DNA of 58,630 nucleotides from the NCBI RefSeq assembly GCF_001194135.2, contig NC_068981.1, positions 90,321,236 to 90,379,865 on the forward strand. Direction: 5' to 3'. Below are positions 1 to 12,759 of this stretch, in pieces. The DNA is from Octopus bimaculoides (lineage: Eukaryota). Position numbers and translations under genes: made by a program. A model generated the notes under the pieces. That model searched no databases and had not been told where the DNA came from. It saw only the letters and a list, made by a program, of their open reading frames with translations. Position 1 is the stretch's first letter. Each line of letters starts with the position of its first letter.

Positions 1-1570
1 GCTTTAATTTTCTAATCATTCAGCTCTGATGGATTATCAAGATCATTATTATCATAATTATTTAATGTTGCCTTTACAATGCTTTCATGAGTCAAATGGA
101 AATTTTGTTGAGGCAGGTTTTTTTTTATAGCCAGATACCCTTCTTGCCACCTGTTTGCAAGCAAGGTAATATTTCCCATGACGAGGGAGGCAAGCTGGCA
201 GAATCGTTAGCACACCAGGCAAAATGCATAGCGGCATTTTGTTTGTTTCCATGTTCTGAGTTTAAATTCTACCAAGGTCGACTTTGCTTTTTCATCCAAT
301 CAAGGTTGATAAAGTAAGTATTAGTTGAGCAATGGAGTTGACGTAATCGATTTATCCCCTTCTCTGAAATTTCTGGTCTTGTGCCAAAATTTGAAACCAA
401 TTTATTTCCTATGACCAGACATTTTTTTTTTTTCATGGGAGACAGGAAACAATCACCATCACTTGTATAATGGTAATACTCATTTATAATCATCAAAGGG
501 CACCTGTGAATCATCATAAATTGTAGTCGTGGTTGTTACCAGTGTCATGTAAATGGCACCTATGCAATGTAGTTGTGGTCATGCCGGTGCCATGTAAATG
601 GAACCCATGCATTGTAGTCATGGTCATTGCTGGTGCCATGTAAATGGCACTCATGTCAGTGTCATATGAAAGCATCCATTACACTTCTGGAATAGTTGGC
701 ATAAGGAAAGGTATCCAGCCATAGAAACCATGCCAAATCAGACTGGAACCTGGTGCAGCTCTCTGGCTTATCAGCAAGCATGGAGAGTGGACGTTAAATG
801 ATGATGATGATGATTACATGATGCCAAGACAAGGAAAACGCTTAAGAGTCAAGTTACAATGGTTGTAGTTTTCAGAAGCAATTTGAAAAGTTCTTCTCCC
901 TTATGACATATAATGTAGTCATTTGGTTTGGACATAAGCATGTGAACACCATTCTGGATGCTTCTTTCTTATCACACTGCTATATGATCTAGGAACAAAA
1001 ATGCAAATAGACAAGATTTCCTCATGAGAAAGAAAGTTTCAATAACCTTTAAGGCTGTCCAAAGCTTTGAGTGGATTTGGTAGATTGAAACTGTAAGAAA
1101 CCCGTCGTGTGTGTGCGTGTGTGTTACAGTATTTTTGCCTTGACATTGCAAGATAAATGGAAAATAAAAGTTTCCATCATGCAAGTGATGTTGTTCACTC
1201 CAAATCTTCTGTGAAAAATGTCAGATAACGAGGAAATATTACCTGACTGGGAAACAAATGAGGGCTGGCAACAGGAAGAACATCTGACCGTACAAAAGTG
1301 GACATACAAAAGATAGTGATGATTAACTTCCTTATTTAGCAAGACATACTACGACGAAGTTTCTCCATTGGGCCTCTCTTCTATATAAGTGCAGTGATGG
1401 CAGCCCAAATCTTGTATGATTAATGTTAAATGTATAATTGGGCACCCAATACAAATAGAACAGAGACACAGTCTAAGATGATGTTTTTGATGAATAAATT
1501 GTTGCAGATTACAACAGAACCCCCCCACCCCAAACAACAAAAAAACAAAAAAAAAACAAAAAAAACTCAC

Positions 1571-1665
1571 TGATGAAGGAATTGGTTTGGTTACAGGTAA
1601 TGGATAATCCTCTTCAAATGAATCTAGGAGATTTGTGGACATGGTCTCACTGTCAGGTAGTGTTT
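1571..1665 (-). CDS. Transporter exon encoding an acidic cytosolic loop (ETLPDSETMSTNLLDSFEEDYPLPVTKPIPSS)
   Basis: Acceptor tattacag|AA (phase 1 matches the previous exon), donor TCA|GTGAGT (phase 0). No convincing downstream exon in 1-1570, so the C-terminal TMs are presumed outside the window. Confidence 0.75.
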
Positions 1666-2961
1666 CTGTAATATGAATACATATATAAATATATCTATGC
1701 AAGTGTTTTGTATATGAATATATAATGAATATCGATAAGTTGCTTTTAATAATTAAAAATGAATAAATAAATAAAACTGAGAAGAGAATGCGGTTTAAAT
1801 AGGGGAGGTAACTCGAAAAAACTACATCAAATATTTTATAGTTACTGCCCTTAGAAATAGCTGCATCGTGAAAAATTAGTCTCACATATGGAATTCAAAA
1901 TGATGGAATTAATGATAGCAGAAACGAGGAAGATAGTGGTTATAAATGTTATTTCTTTTATGGATATAGCTTGAAAACTGTGTGACACTTCAAATATTGC
2001 TTCTGCAAATTAATCAAAAGAACAATGATTTCATTTATTATACAGCATTGTAATGCCTAATTAATTATTCACTAAATAAAACAAGTTTATGATGGACTTT
2101 AAAACAAACCAGTTCAAGCAACACACGATTATTTATACACCAGATTTGGGTTCAAAGTATTAAATACTGAGAAGTATTAGAACTGTGGATTAGAGGAATA
2201 GTTAGAGTACTACACAAAATGCCTTGTGGTATTTGTTACAGCTCTTAATATTCTAGATCAAATCTCACTGATGAACTTTATCTTTCGTCCGTCCAGGGTT
2301 GATAAAAATATAGTACCAGTCAAGTGCTGGGGACAATATAATCGACTAAACCCAACCTCACAAAACTGTTGGTTTTGTGCTTAAGTTAGAAACAATTACC
2401 ATGAAGTATGATAATGTTTAGGCACTGTTATTCTATATATCACTGGGAGGGAGATGAGTGCTGCTATCTCTAGCAGTTGAGTGTCTATTGTTGATAAGAC
2501 CAAGGAAGGTCAAAATCACATGATATGGTGGTCTCAGCACTGGAAGTGATGGGGATTTATTTGTCTCCCCGCTAGTAATATGCAGTGGGATTGAACCTAT
2601 AACCGTATAGTTGGACAGCAAGTTTCTTAACCACACAGCTACGCCTTAGAAAATTAATACATTTACTTGAAGGAGCCTTACATAAAATCTGAAAACATGT
2701 AGTTTAAAGCCCAAAGTTCTTTTTTCAAATAGTGTTTAAGTAATACAATCTTTTTTTATGAATATAAATCTATTGAGTATTAAATAAATTAGAGCCAGGT
2801 GATATTTTACAGAAATCAAACTCTTATAATAGCATTGAGTTGAATTAACATGGCCTGTCAAAGAGTAAAAATAGTATTAAAAAAATTAAAATTGAAATAT
2901 CTTTTTAAATTAATATTGCAGATTTTGGTTTCAAGAATGATATTACGAAAAATCAGAAAAC

Positions 2962-3167
2962 TAATCCTTTAGCATTTAAGCCAACCATATCTAGCCCAAA
3001 TATTCTACCTGTTTTAAGTTCAAATTGTCCAGATCTAACATTTCACACCTACCCTACAATGTCATTTTGAACATAAACAATTTACATCATCGAAATCTCA
3101 AGGTTACAGGAGAATGCAGGGTAAATTCAAAACATTTGACAGAATAATCTGAACACTAAAGGGTTAA
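2962..3167. mobile_element. piggyBac-type MITE family 1 (TTAA-CCCTTTAG...CTAAAGGG-TTAA)
   Basis: Degenerate left TIR, intact right ctaaagggttaa. Internal sequence shared with other copies. Confidence 0.75.
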
Positions 3168-3273
3168 ACAATATCCAAATTGAGAAAATTTTCTGGAACA
3201 TTCTCTCATCCACAGGTAGAATCAAACAAATGCATTTCAAAACAAGAAAAAAAAAATTATAAATTCTACCTAC

Positions 3274-3553
3274 CTTGCACAAAGACAAAGTTTTCAATCA
3301 TCTGCAACACAGGATAAATCATTAGAGGATATGTACAGATCACAGCAACAATGAGGCAGGCATTAAGCAAATGCGCACCTAAACCACTATGAATAAGGGA
3401 CAGGTTGATCAATTGGTTAACATGAGAGCCAAACCGTAAGTAACCAAACAAACCAAGCACCAGCAGAATGAAGCTAACTATCAGTATAGCACCGTTAAGA
3501 AATTTAGAGAAATTGTGGCGGTTCCCATCCATACTACTTTCAATTGGAATAAT
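3274..3553 (-). CDS. Transporter exon encoding TM7-TM8 (IIPIESSM...GYLRFG...TYPLMIYPV)
   Basis: Acceptor ttcttgcag|ATT (phase 0), donor CAAG|GTAGGT (phase 1). PIE-x-x-M, GYL-x-FG and TYPL motifs of Aa_trans. Confidence 0.95.
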
Positions 3554-5051
3554 CTGCAAGAAAAAAGAAACAAAAAAATGATTATACATAATGTATGAAT
3601 TTATTTCAAGCAATATTTTTGCACTGTGGGTATGTTGGTGCAGTGATTAACAGTGAAACAACAAAGTAACATAAGAAAACAAGAATATATTACTATTATA
3701 TATAAATGTTGACAGGAAGGAAGCCTTGTTGCCAGCTAAAGACATATACTTTCATGGGTCTAAAGAACAATGTACCTAAAAGTGCTTACAATTAACAGTT
3801 AAGCAATAAGATTTGAGAATGTGAAATATGTACTTCTACATATCCAATTCTCTTTTGTAGGGGTGGGGTCCTGTTTCCCAATGAAGTGTGTCTTCACAAT
3901 CCAGAATTTTACAACACCTGAACAGCTGGCTAAAACTTGTATTTGTATATAATTTTGGCATGCTATTCTGTGCTAAATACTGCACTGAATGTTGGTGTTT
4001 TGTACAAATGTTTATGTTCTAATGCATATCAGAACATAAACATTTTTATTATGTAAATTCAATGTGTCTCTCCATATTGGCAATTTAATAACAGATTTTA
4101 AACAATAATTAGGTGATACTAGTGACTATGAACAGCTCCCTCAATAAGTAGGAAGTTGGGATATCCCTTACAATATTTCGATCCCACCCTATTTTCTGCA
4201 TTTCAGTAGACCAAAACATCAACTTTTATATTGTGCACCTACAAAAGGCATACAATTAAGGTAGTTTCAGTGACTGTTGTTGTTTAGCATCAAGACTTGA
4301 CATGGAACTCAACTATTTCTAGCAGGTTGTATAACCATGAAAGCTTCTTCAATAAGCAGGAAGCTGGGACATCTCTTACAATATTTTGTACCCTTCCTAT
4401 TTTCTGCATTTCAAATTAAATAGGGTAAAATAATTATGCAGTGAAATTGAATAAGGGTTTTGATATTTTTTTTCTTTTGTGCTAAAATCCTTTAATTACT
4501 CATCTGTGAAATATCACACGTTATTCATTTGCTAAAAACCTTCAATTACTCATCTGTGAAATACAACAGACGTTATTCATTAGTCAAGTAGACTAAAACA
4601 GTTTTTATATCACACTCCTAAAAAAGGCATATGATTAAAGACTGACCTGGAACTAAATAAGCCCAACTGTTATTACAAGCTGTGTTGCCTCTAATTTTTC
4701 TTAACATGTGAGAAGAACTTCTGATGCTTTGAGCCAAAAAAGTTTTAGTCCACAGATTTCAAACTTTAATGTAGTTTATTAAGCACACCATGATCATCAG
4801 CTTTGTTTTAACATCCGCTTTTCCATGCATGCATGGTGGGATGGGAATTTTTTTTTTTGAGACAGATTTTTCTATGACTGGATGTAATTTTTTGTTGCAA
4901 CCCCTCACTTGTTTCCAAGTAAGGTAATATTTTCCTATGAGCAGACATCTTTCCACAGAATACTGGAAATGAAGAACACCACTTGCATGACAGTGTCACT
5001 CATTAGCAACTATGAGGCAAGAAGACAGTAATACACACACACACACACATA

Positions 5052-5426
5052 TTGTTGGCACTCGCTTACGACGTCGAGGGTTCCAGTTGATCCGATCAAC
5101 AGAACAGCCTGCTTGTGAAATTAACGTGCAAGTGGCTGAGCACTCCAGACACGTGTACCCTTAATGTAGTTCTCGGGGATATTCAGCATGACACAGTGTG
5201 ACAAGGCTGACCCTTTGAATTACAGACACAACAGAAACAGGAAGTAAGAGTGAGAGAAAGTTGTGGTGAAAGAGTACAGCAGGATTCGCCACCATCCCCT
5301 GCCGGAGCCTCGTGGAGCTTTAGGAGTTTTCGCTCAATAAACACTCACAACGCCCGGTTTGGTAATCAAAACCGCGATCCTATGACCGCGAGTCCACTGC
5401 CCTAACCACTGGGCCATTGCGCCTCC
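5052..5426 (-). mobile_element. tRNA-derived SINE family A, full length
   Basis: A box TGGCCCAGTGG and B-box-like head, about 375 bp, (CAA)n tail. Confidence 0.9.
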
Positions 5427-5997
5427 TACACACACATATATATATATATATTTAATTAAACAGAGGACAATTAAATAGAACAAATCTGCTACTGAAACAC
5501 ATGTAGTAATACCCATATAATCCATTCATTTCATTTTGTCACATAAAAAGCAGCCAGCACACCCTGTAAAGTGATTGGTGCTAGAAAGGGCATCAAGTTA
5601 TAGAAACAAAACCAAATCAGACTGGAACTTGCCAGCTCTGGTCAAACTGTCTAACCCATGCCAGCATGGAAAACGTACTAAAGGGTGACGATGATGATCA
5701 CACACACACACACACACACACACAGGATGGGCTTCTTTCAGTTTCTATCTATCAAATTGACTCACAAGGTTTTGGGTGACCCAGGGTTATAGAAGAAGAC
5801 ACTTGTAAATTAAAATGAATAACAACATTTTGATGTGCACAACAGCAATACAACAATCGTGTAATGGCACAAACAGAGTTTAGAGGGAATGCTGAATACA
5901 TGCTTTAGCCAGGAGCATCAGTAGTCTATCCAGTGGAGTAGTAACCTTATTAAGTATTATATTTCATTAGCTACTATGTCATTCAAATAATGAATTA

Positions 5998-6632
5998 CTT
6001 AGCCCATGAACATTTAAACTGGTTATCTCAGGCCCAAATATTTTGCCTGTTTTATGTTCAAACTGACCAGCTCTGGCCTCTCATACATACCTACAATGTC
6101 AATCTAAAAATAAACAATCACATCATTGAAATCTTAGTGTTGTGAGATTGTTGTTGTTGTTTGCACTCCGTCGCTTACGACATCGAGGGTTCCAGTTGAT
6201 CCGATCAATAGAACAGCCTGCTCCTGAAATTAACGTGCAAGTGGATGAGCACTCCACAGACACATGTACCCTTAACGTAGTTCTCGGGGGATATTCAGCG
6301 TGACACAGTGTGACAAGGCTGACCCTTTGAATTACAGGCACAACAGAAACAGGAAGTAAGAGTGAGAGAAAGTTGTGGTGAAAGAGTACAGCAGGGTTCG
6401 CCACCATCCCCTGCTGGAGCCTTGTGGAGCTTTTAGGTGTTTTCACTCAATAAACACTCACAACGCCCAGTCTGGGAATTGAAACCGCGATCCTATGACC
6501 GCGAGTTCGCTGCCCTAACCACTGGGCCATTGCACCTCCACAGTGTTGTGAGATAGTACATGATTAATTCAAAAATAATGTAAATAAATAAGCATCACGT
6601 TTGACAGAGTAATTTGAATGCTGAAGGATTAA
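5998..6632. mobile_element. piggyBac-type MITE family 1, interrupted by a SINE-A insertion
   Basis: MITE halves 5998-6148 and 6542-6632 joined across the SINE TSD. Right end gctgaaggattaa. Confidence 0.7.
6149..6539 (-). mobile_element. SINE family A, full length, with TSD
   Basis: 13-bp TSD AGTGTTGTGAGAT at 6136-6148 and 6542-6554. Confidence 0.92.
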
Positions 6633-6642
6633 ACATACTCAC

Positions 6643-6734
6643 AGTTCCAATTCCTTCAAAGGCACTAGCTAACAAGCCAAAAAATATCGATGCTTCTGAA
6701 GATATTAATTTCAACTCATCACTGAATGAAAATT
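6643..6734 (-). CDS. Transporter exon encoding TM6 (KFSFSDELKLISSEASIFFGLLASAFEGIGT)
   Basis: Acceptor ttttttatccag|AA (phase 1), donor ACT|GTGAGT (phase 0). AFEGIG is the conserved TM6 motif. Confidence 0.93.
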
Positions 6735-7346
6735 CTGGATAAAAAAAGAAAAAAAACAAAAGGTCAATAAAATTAACAAAAAAAAGAAACCCTAAGAAAC
6801 AATACACACTCCCTCTCACCTCTCACCAAAACTGAATAAAGTGATTAATCAAAATAAATAACATTTGTTTTAGAAATTAAAAGAGGAAATAAAGAAAGTT
6901 TCTAGAAAGTTTTACAAAAAAACCTTTAAATTTTTATATTTTGGGAGCGAAGATTTCCATTTTCATTTCCTATTTCTGTACTTCAATGCTTCAAGTGAAC
7001 AACAATGCTTTTATAACATTTGTTTTATTTTTCTTTATCAATGTAATTAGCAAAAATTAAAATAAATAACCCAAACACTTGTAAATTAATTATTTTAAAG
7101 TGTTGTTTGACTTTCCATGATTAGAAATATCCAACAATGAATGATCATGTCAACTGCTCTTTATCAAAAAAATTAGGTAAACTGGTGACATATAGCATTA
7201 GGTATAATACCAAAACACAAATTACTATATATGCCAGGGTATAAGACACTTTTTTTAATATTCTTAAATGTAACAAAAAATTGCTATGCATCTAATGCAA
7301 CCATATTACAAACAGGATACGAAGTGCATGAGTGTATAATGAAACA

Positions 7347-7566
7347 TTAACCCTTTAGCACTTAAACCAGCCATATCTGGTCCAAATATTCAACCAGTTT
7401 TATGTTCAAACCAGCCAGATCTGTCTTCTCACACCTACCCTACAATGCTAGTCTAAAATTAAACAATCACATTGAAATCTAGAGACAAGATAATGTGATT
7501 AGTTCAAAACAATACAAATAAAAACACGTTATATTTGACAAATTAACTTGAATGCTAAAGAGTTAA
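7347..7566. mobile_element. piggyBac-type MITE family 1
   Basis: ttaaccctttagca...tgctaaagagttaa. Confidence 0.8.
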
Positions 7567-7682
7567 ACTTGCTTAAAGTGTAACTTATACACCCGCAAAT
7601 ATAGAATATTAAGTAAATTTTAACCTAAAACCAACTAATTACTTTATGTTTCAGCAAAATTAAAGACATTGTTTCACAACTA

Positions 7683-8091
7683 GGCACAGGAGTGGCTGTG
7701 TGGTAAGTAGCTTGGTTACCAACCACATGGTTCCGGGTTCAGTCCCACTGTGTGGCACCTTGAGCAAGTGTCTTCTACTATAGTCTTGGGCCGACCAAAG
7801 CCTTGTGAGTGGATTTGGTAGACGGAAACTGAAAGAAGCCCGTCGTATATATGTATATGTATATATATATATGTGTGTTTGTGTGTCTGTGTTTGTCCCC
7901 CTCAACATTGCTTGACAACCGATGCTGGTATGTTTACGTCCCCGTAACTTAGCGGTTCGGCAAAAGAGCCCGATAGAATAAGTACTAGGCTTACAAGGAA
8001 TAAGTCGTGGGGTCGATTTGATCGACTAAAAGGCAGTGCTCCAGCATGGTCACAATCAAATGACTGAAACAAGTAAAAGAGTAAAAGAGTA
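7683..8091 (+). mobile_element. tRNA-derived SINE family B with internal (TA/TG) microsatellite, full length
   Basis: GGAGTGGCTGTGTGGTAAG...GGTTCAGTCCC head; 3' end CAAATGACTGAAACAAGTAAAAGAGT. Confidence 0.88.
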
Positions 8092-8820
8092 AGCATATTT
8101 TTTTTATCAATGATTTCGTCTGGAAAAAAGGACCATACCCATAGCCTTCGTAGGACATTTAAGCTTGGACCAAATTTAATCCTTTAAATTGGCCCTTTCA
8201 TATGGAAAAATTAGGAACAACTGCACTTAAACTACTTGTTTATACCATCCAGTTTACCAACAACAATGGCTCCTATCATATTTCCAATTAATACAAGTGG
8301 AAATGTTTATGTTAGTTAATTCTATGGTTGCATCTTCTATACAGCAATTACATGAAGTACAATATATATTTTAAATAACTATGAAATGCTAAGAAATTAA
8401 TATAATTAGTTTTACATAAATTCTGCTGTCAAAAAAATACATAATCAAATCCACTTTGATTAATACGTAACTGCTGTTACATAAAAAATAGCATTTTTTT
8501 TTTTTTGAAAATCATCATCATTATTTAACATCCGCTAACATTTCAAGATATTTATTTGATAGAAAAATTTAGAATTCTTTTTACGAACATCAACATAATA
8601 AAACAGAATTACATACTCTTTTTTTATACTCTTTTACTTGTTTCAGTCATTTGACAGCGGCCATGCTGGAGCACCGCCTTTATAGTCGAACAAATCGACC
8701 CCAGAGCTTATTCTTTGTAAGCCTAGTACTTAATTCTTTTGCCGAACCGCTAAGTTACAAGGACGTAAACACACCATCATCGGTTGTCAAGCAATGCTGG
8801 GAGGACAAACAGACACACAA

Positions 8821-8867
<47 letters not shown>

Positions 8868-9647
8868 NNNNNNNNNNNNNNNNNNNNNNNNNNNNNNNNN
8901 NNNNNNNNNNNNNNNNNNNNNNNNNNNNNNNNNNNNNNNNNNNNNNNNNNNNNNNNNNNNNNNNNNNNNNNNNNNNNNNNNNNNNNNNNNNNNNNNNNNN
9001 NNNNNNNNNNNNNNNNNNNNNNNNNNNNNNNNNNNNNNNNNNNNNNNNNNNNNNNNNNNNNNNNNNNNNNNNNNNNNNNNNNNNNNNNNNNNNNNNNNNN
9101 NNNNNNNNNNNNNNNNNNNNNNNNNNNNNNNNNNNNNNNNNNNNNNNNNNNNNNNNNNNNNNNNNNNNNNNNNNNNNNNNNNNNNNNNNNNNNNNNNNNN
9201 NNNNNNNNNNNNNNNNNNNNNNNNNNNNNNNNNNNNNNNNNNNNNNNNNNNNNNNNNNNNNNNNNNNNNNNNNNNNNNNNNNNNNNNNNNNNNNNNNNNN
9301 NNNNNNNNNNNNNNNNNNNNNNNNNNNNNNNNNNNNNNNNNNNNNNNNNNNNNNNNNNNNNNNNNNNNNNNNNNNNNNNNNNNNNNNNNNNNNNNNNNNN
9401 NNNNNNNNNNNNNNNNNNNNNNNNNNNNNNNNNNNNNNNNNNNNNNNNNNNNNNNNNNNNNNNNNNNNNNNNNNNNNNNNNNNNNNNNNNNNNNNNNNNN
9501 NNNNNNNNNNNNNNNNNNNNNNNNNNNNNNNNNNNNNNNNNNNNNNNNNNNNNNNNNNNNNNNNNNNNNNNNNNNNNNNNNNNNNNNNNNNNNNNNNNNN
9601 NNNNNNNNNNNNNNNNNNNNNNNNNNNNNNNNNNNNNNNNNNNNNNN
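8868..9647. other. Assembly gap (others at 10230-10238, 10987-11542, 29037-29046, 30844-31046, 37076-37233, 55806-55948, 57830-58051)
   Basis: N runs, mostly next to (TA)n or young repeats. Confidence 0.99.
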
Positions 9648-9689
9648 AAAACGGACATTGAACGATGATGATGATATATATATATATAT

Positions 9690-9850
9690 GGGCATGGCGT
9701 TAGGAAGGGCATCCAGCGGTAGAAACTCTGCCAAATTTAGATTGGAGCCTGGTGTTGCCATCCGGTTTCACCAGTCCTCAGTCAAATCGTCCAACCCATG
9801 CTAGCATGGAAAGCGGACGTTAAACGATGATGATGATGATGATGATGATA
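9690..9850 (+). repeat. Interspersed repeat family C, 3' end with (GAT)n tail
   Basis: TTAGGAAGGGCATCCAGC...CCAACCCATGCTAGCATGGAAAGCGGACGTTAAACGATGATG. Related copies at about 520-815, 5550-5700, 18110-18285, 27945-28110, 30730-30843. Confidence 0.8.
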
Positions 9851-10440
9851 TACACTAGACACAAGTTTCATAAACTACAAAATATAAATATCTACACTAC
9901 CACACTTGAAACGTACCGGTTATAACTCTTTATCTCAATTTTGAATGTATGTGAATGTACGTGAATGTATATGAAGGCATTTATAGAATGCCCAAACTTA
10001 TTTCTGCAAATGTGCTAAGCACTGATACTGATCGTAGTTTAATCAATAAGCGTAGGAGTGAGGTAAATGCAGTAAAAATAAGGGGGTCAGTGGGGTCTCA
10101 TTTCAGCGGCCCTTCAGAAATTGAACCTCCTTACGATACTCCCTGGGAGTTCATGGTAAGAAATTCATTGTCATTGCTATGATTTGGTTGTCAATGCCAT
10201 GTATTTAGTATAAAATGCAGTAAAAATAANNNNNNNNNNAAATGCAGTAAAAATAGGATGGGGGGGGGGGGGTTAGTGGGGCCCCAGGTAGGCGGCCCTT
10301 AAAAAAATAGACCCCCTTAGGACATTCCCAGGGATTAGGGAAGTTGCTGGTTTGAGTTTTGTTGTCTTTGCACCAATGGTCTAAGAGAAGTTAATGAACA
10401 TATAAACATGATGGATAGAGAAACAACACTAAAATTTATG

Positions 10441-10665
10441 GAGCACTCCGTCAGTTACGATGACGAAGGTCCCGGCTGATACAATCAATGGAACAGCTTG
10501 CTCATGAAATTAACGTTTAAGTAGCCAAGCACTCCACAGACACGTGTAACCTTAACCTAGTTCTCAGGGAGATTCAGCGTGACACACAGTGTGACAAGGG
10601 CAGCCCTTTGAAATACAAATACAACTCATTTTTGCCAGCTGAGTGGACTGGAGCGACATAAAATA
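10441..10665 (-). mobile_element. SINE sharing the family-A 3' tail but with a different body (partial)
   Basis: gcactccgtcagttacgatgacg...gtgacaagg...ccctttgaa resembles the family-A tail, then diverges. Confidence 0.6.
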
Positions 10666-10832
10666 AGGTTATTTCTTTATATTCTTTCTACTTGTTTCAG
10701 TCATTTGACTGCAGCCATGCTGGAGCACCGCCTTAAAGGGTGTTAGTCAAAGAAATCGACCCCAGGACTTATTCTTTGTAAGCTTAGTACTTATTCTATC
10801 GGTCTATTTTGCTGAACCACTAAGTTATGGAT

Positions 10833-10986
10833 ATATCATCATCATCATCATCATCATCATCGTTTAACGTCCGCTTTCCATGCTAGCATGGGTTGGACGA
10901 TTTGACTGAGGACTGGTGAAACCGGATGGCAACACCAGGCTCCAATCTAATTTGGCAGAGTTTCTACAGCTGGATGCCCTTCCTAA
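10833..10986 (-). repeat. Repeat family C, inverted near-identical partner of 9700-9850
   Basis: Reverse complement differs by about one substitution and one indel over about 150 bp. Confidence 0.85.
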
Positions 10987-11542
10987 NNNNNNNNNNNNNN
11001 NNNNNNNNNNNNNNNNNNNNNNNNNNNNNNNNNNNNNNNNNNNNNNNNNNNNNNNNNNNNNNNNNNNNNNNNNNNNNNNNNNNNNNNNNNNNNNNNNNNN
11101 NNNNNNNNNNNNNNNNNNNNNNNNNNNNNNNNNNNNNNNNNNNNNNNNNNNNNNNNNNNNNNNNNNNNNNNNNNNNNNNNNNNNNNNNNNNNNNNNNNNN
11201 NNNNNNNNNNNNNNNNNNNNNNNNNNNNNNNNNNNNNNNNNNNNNNNNNNNNNNNNNNNNNNNNNNNNNNNNNNNNNNNNNNNNNNNNNNNNNNNNNNNN
11301 NNNNNNNNNNNNNNNNNNNNNNNNNNNNNNNNNNNNNNNNNNNNNNNNNNNNNNNNNNNNNNNNNNNNNNNNNNNNNNNNNNNNNNNNNNNNNNNNNNNN
11401 NNNNNNNNNNNNNNNNNNNNNNNNNNNNNNNNNNNNNNNNNNNNNNNNNNNNNNNNNNNNNNNNNNNNNNNNNNNNNNNNNNNNNNNNNNNNNNNNNNNN
11501 NNNNNNNNNNNNNNNNNNNNNNNNNNNNNNNNNNNNNNNNNN

Positions 11543-11577
<35 letters not shown>

Positions 11578-12723
11578 TGACAGGCTTCTTCCAGTTTCCG
11601 TCTACCAAATCCATTCACAAGGCTTTGGTCAGCCCAAGGTGTCACACAGTGGTTGGGAAGCAAGCTTCTTACCACACAGCCACATACATACATACAGGCA
11701 TACAGGTATGGCTGTGTGGTAAGAAGCTTGCTTCCCAACCACATGGTTCCAGGTTTAGTCTACTCTACTTGACACTTTGAGCAAGTGTCTTCTGTAATAG
11801 CCTTGGGCCAACCAAAGCCTTCTGAGTGGATTTGGTACATGGAAACTGAAAGAAGTCATCATGTGTGTGTGTGTGTTTTACTGTCTGTGTAAAAAAATAA
11901 CCTGAGTATATCTGAAGGTAAACTTGTGGTATCTATTTGCACATCAGAAAATAATACTTTAAAGTATTATTTTGTGATGTACAAATAGATACCATGAGTT
12001 CACCTTCAGGCATACTCATTAGGTTATTTTTATGTATTATCTGAAATAGAATACCTGCATATCTATTAATCTCAAAAGCTGAATTATTATTGATTTCTAT
12101 TATATATTTTGTATATTTCTAGATAAATATATAAATATATGATAAGCAAGAAAGTAAGACCCCACTGTATGATATGCAGATGCATGTAATGGTAAATGGT
12201 TGTACCTGATTGATTTGGGAATTCGTTTTCCCAAATTATTTAAATATATATATATATATATATATAAAATGTATATGTATATGTGCATGTAACCCTGAAC
12301 CAACTACCTGATATTATTTTTGCTTACATGCATATGATAACATTGTTTAATATCAAACGAGCAAAAATATTTTAAGCGTCAGAAATTATTCATTAGTGTT
12401 AAGCATTGGATTAAAAAACATGAATAATTTGAACAATCTGTAGTCATATTAGTAATAAAAACAATTAAAAAACAAAAAAAAAATCATTAAAATTTCAACA
12501 TTATAAATATTATTCAAAATATATTTGTATTCAAAATGAAAGAAAAGCAAAACAAACATTCTGTTTTAAAATATCTGATGACTCATAGCATTAGTATTCT
12601 CATACATGGTTTTTGCGCACTTTATATTACCAGATGTGTTTATATTTATATCAAAATATATTGGTGTCTCACACACACACGCACGTACACACACACGCAC
12701 GTACACACACACACACATGTGCA

Positions 12724-12754
<31 letters not shown>

Positions 12755-12759
12755 TTTAC

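Noticed and set aside
1349-1570. Continuation of the 178-aa ORF as a possible final transporter exon (also the WRNFVVV frame)
   Set aside because: A strong GTGAGT donor lies at 1570, and no frame encodes the expected TM9-11 helices.
1595-1650. Acidic loop STNLLDSFEEDY as a lysosomal dileucine signal
   Set aside because: Spacing fits neither [DE]xxxL[LI] nor DxxLL, and YPLP is not a YxxPhi motif.
6123-6446. 107-aa ORF and similar 60-146 aa ORFs (24279, 24513, 24841, 38040, 43207, 28604, etc.)
   Set aside because: They are translations of SINE-A and SINE-B bodies that recur at every copy.
8651-11780. Long ORFs of 216-336 aa in the ORF track (also those at about 30.7-31.3, 37.0, 55.7 and 57.7 kb)
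   Set aside because: They are open only because they run through N-gaps and (TA)n repeats.
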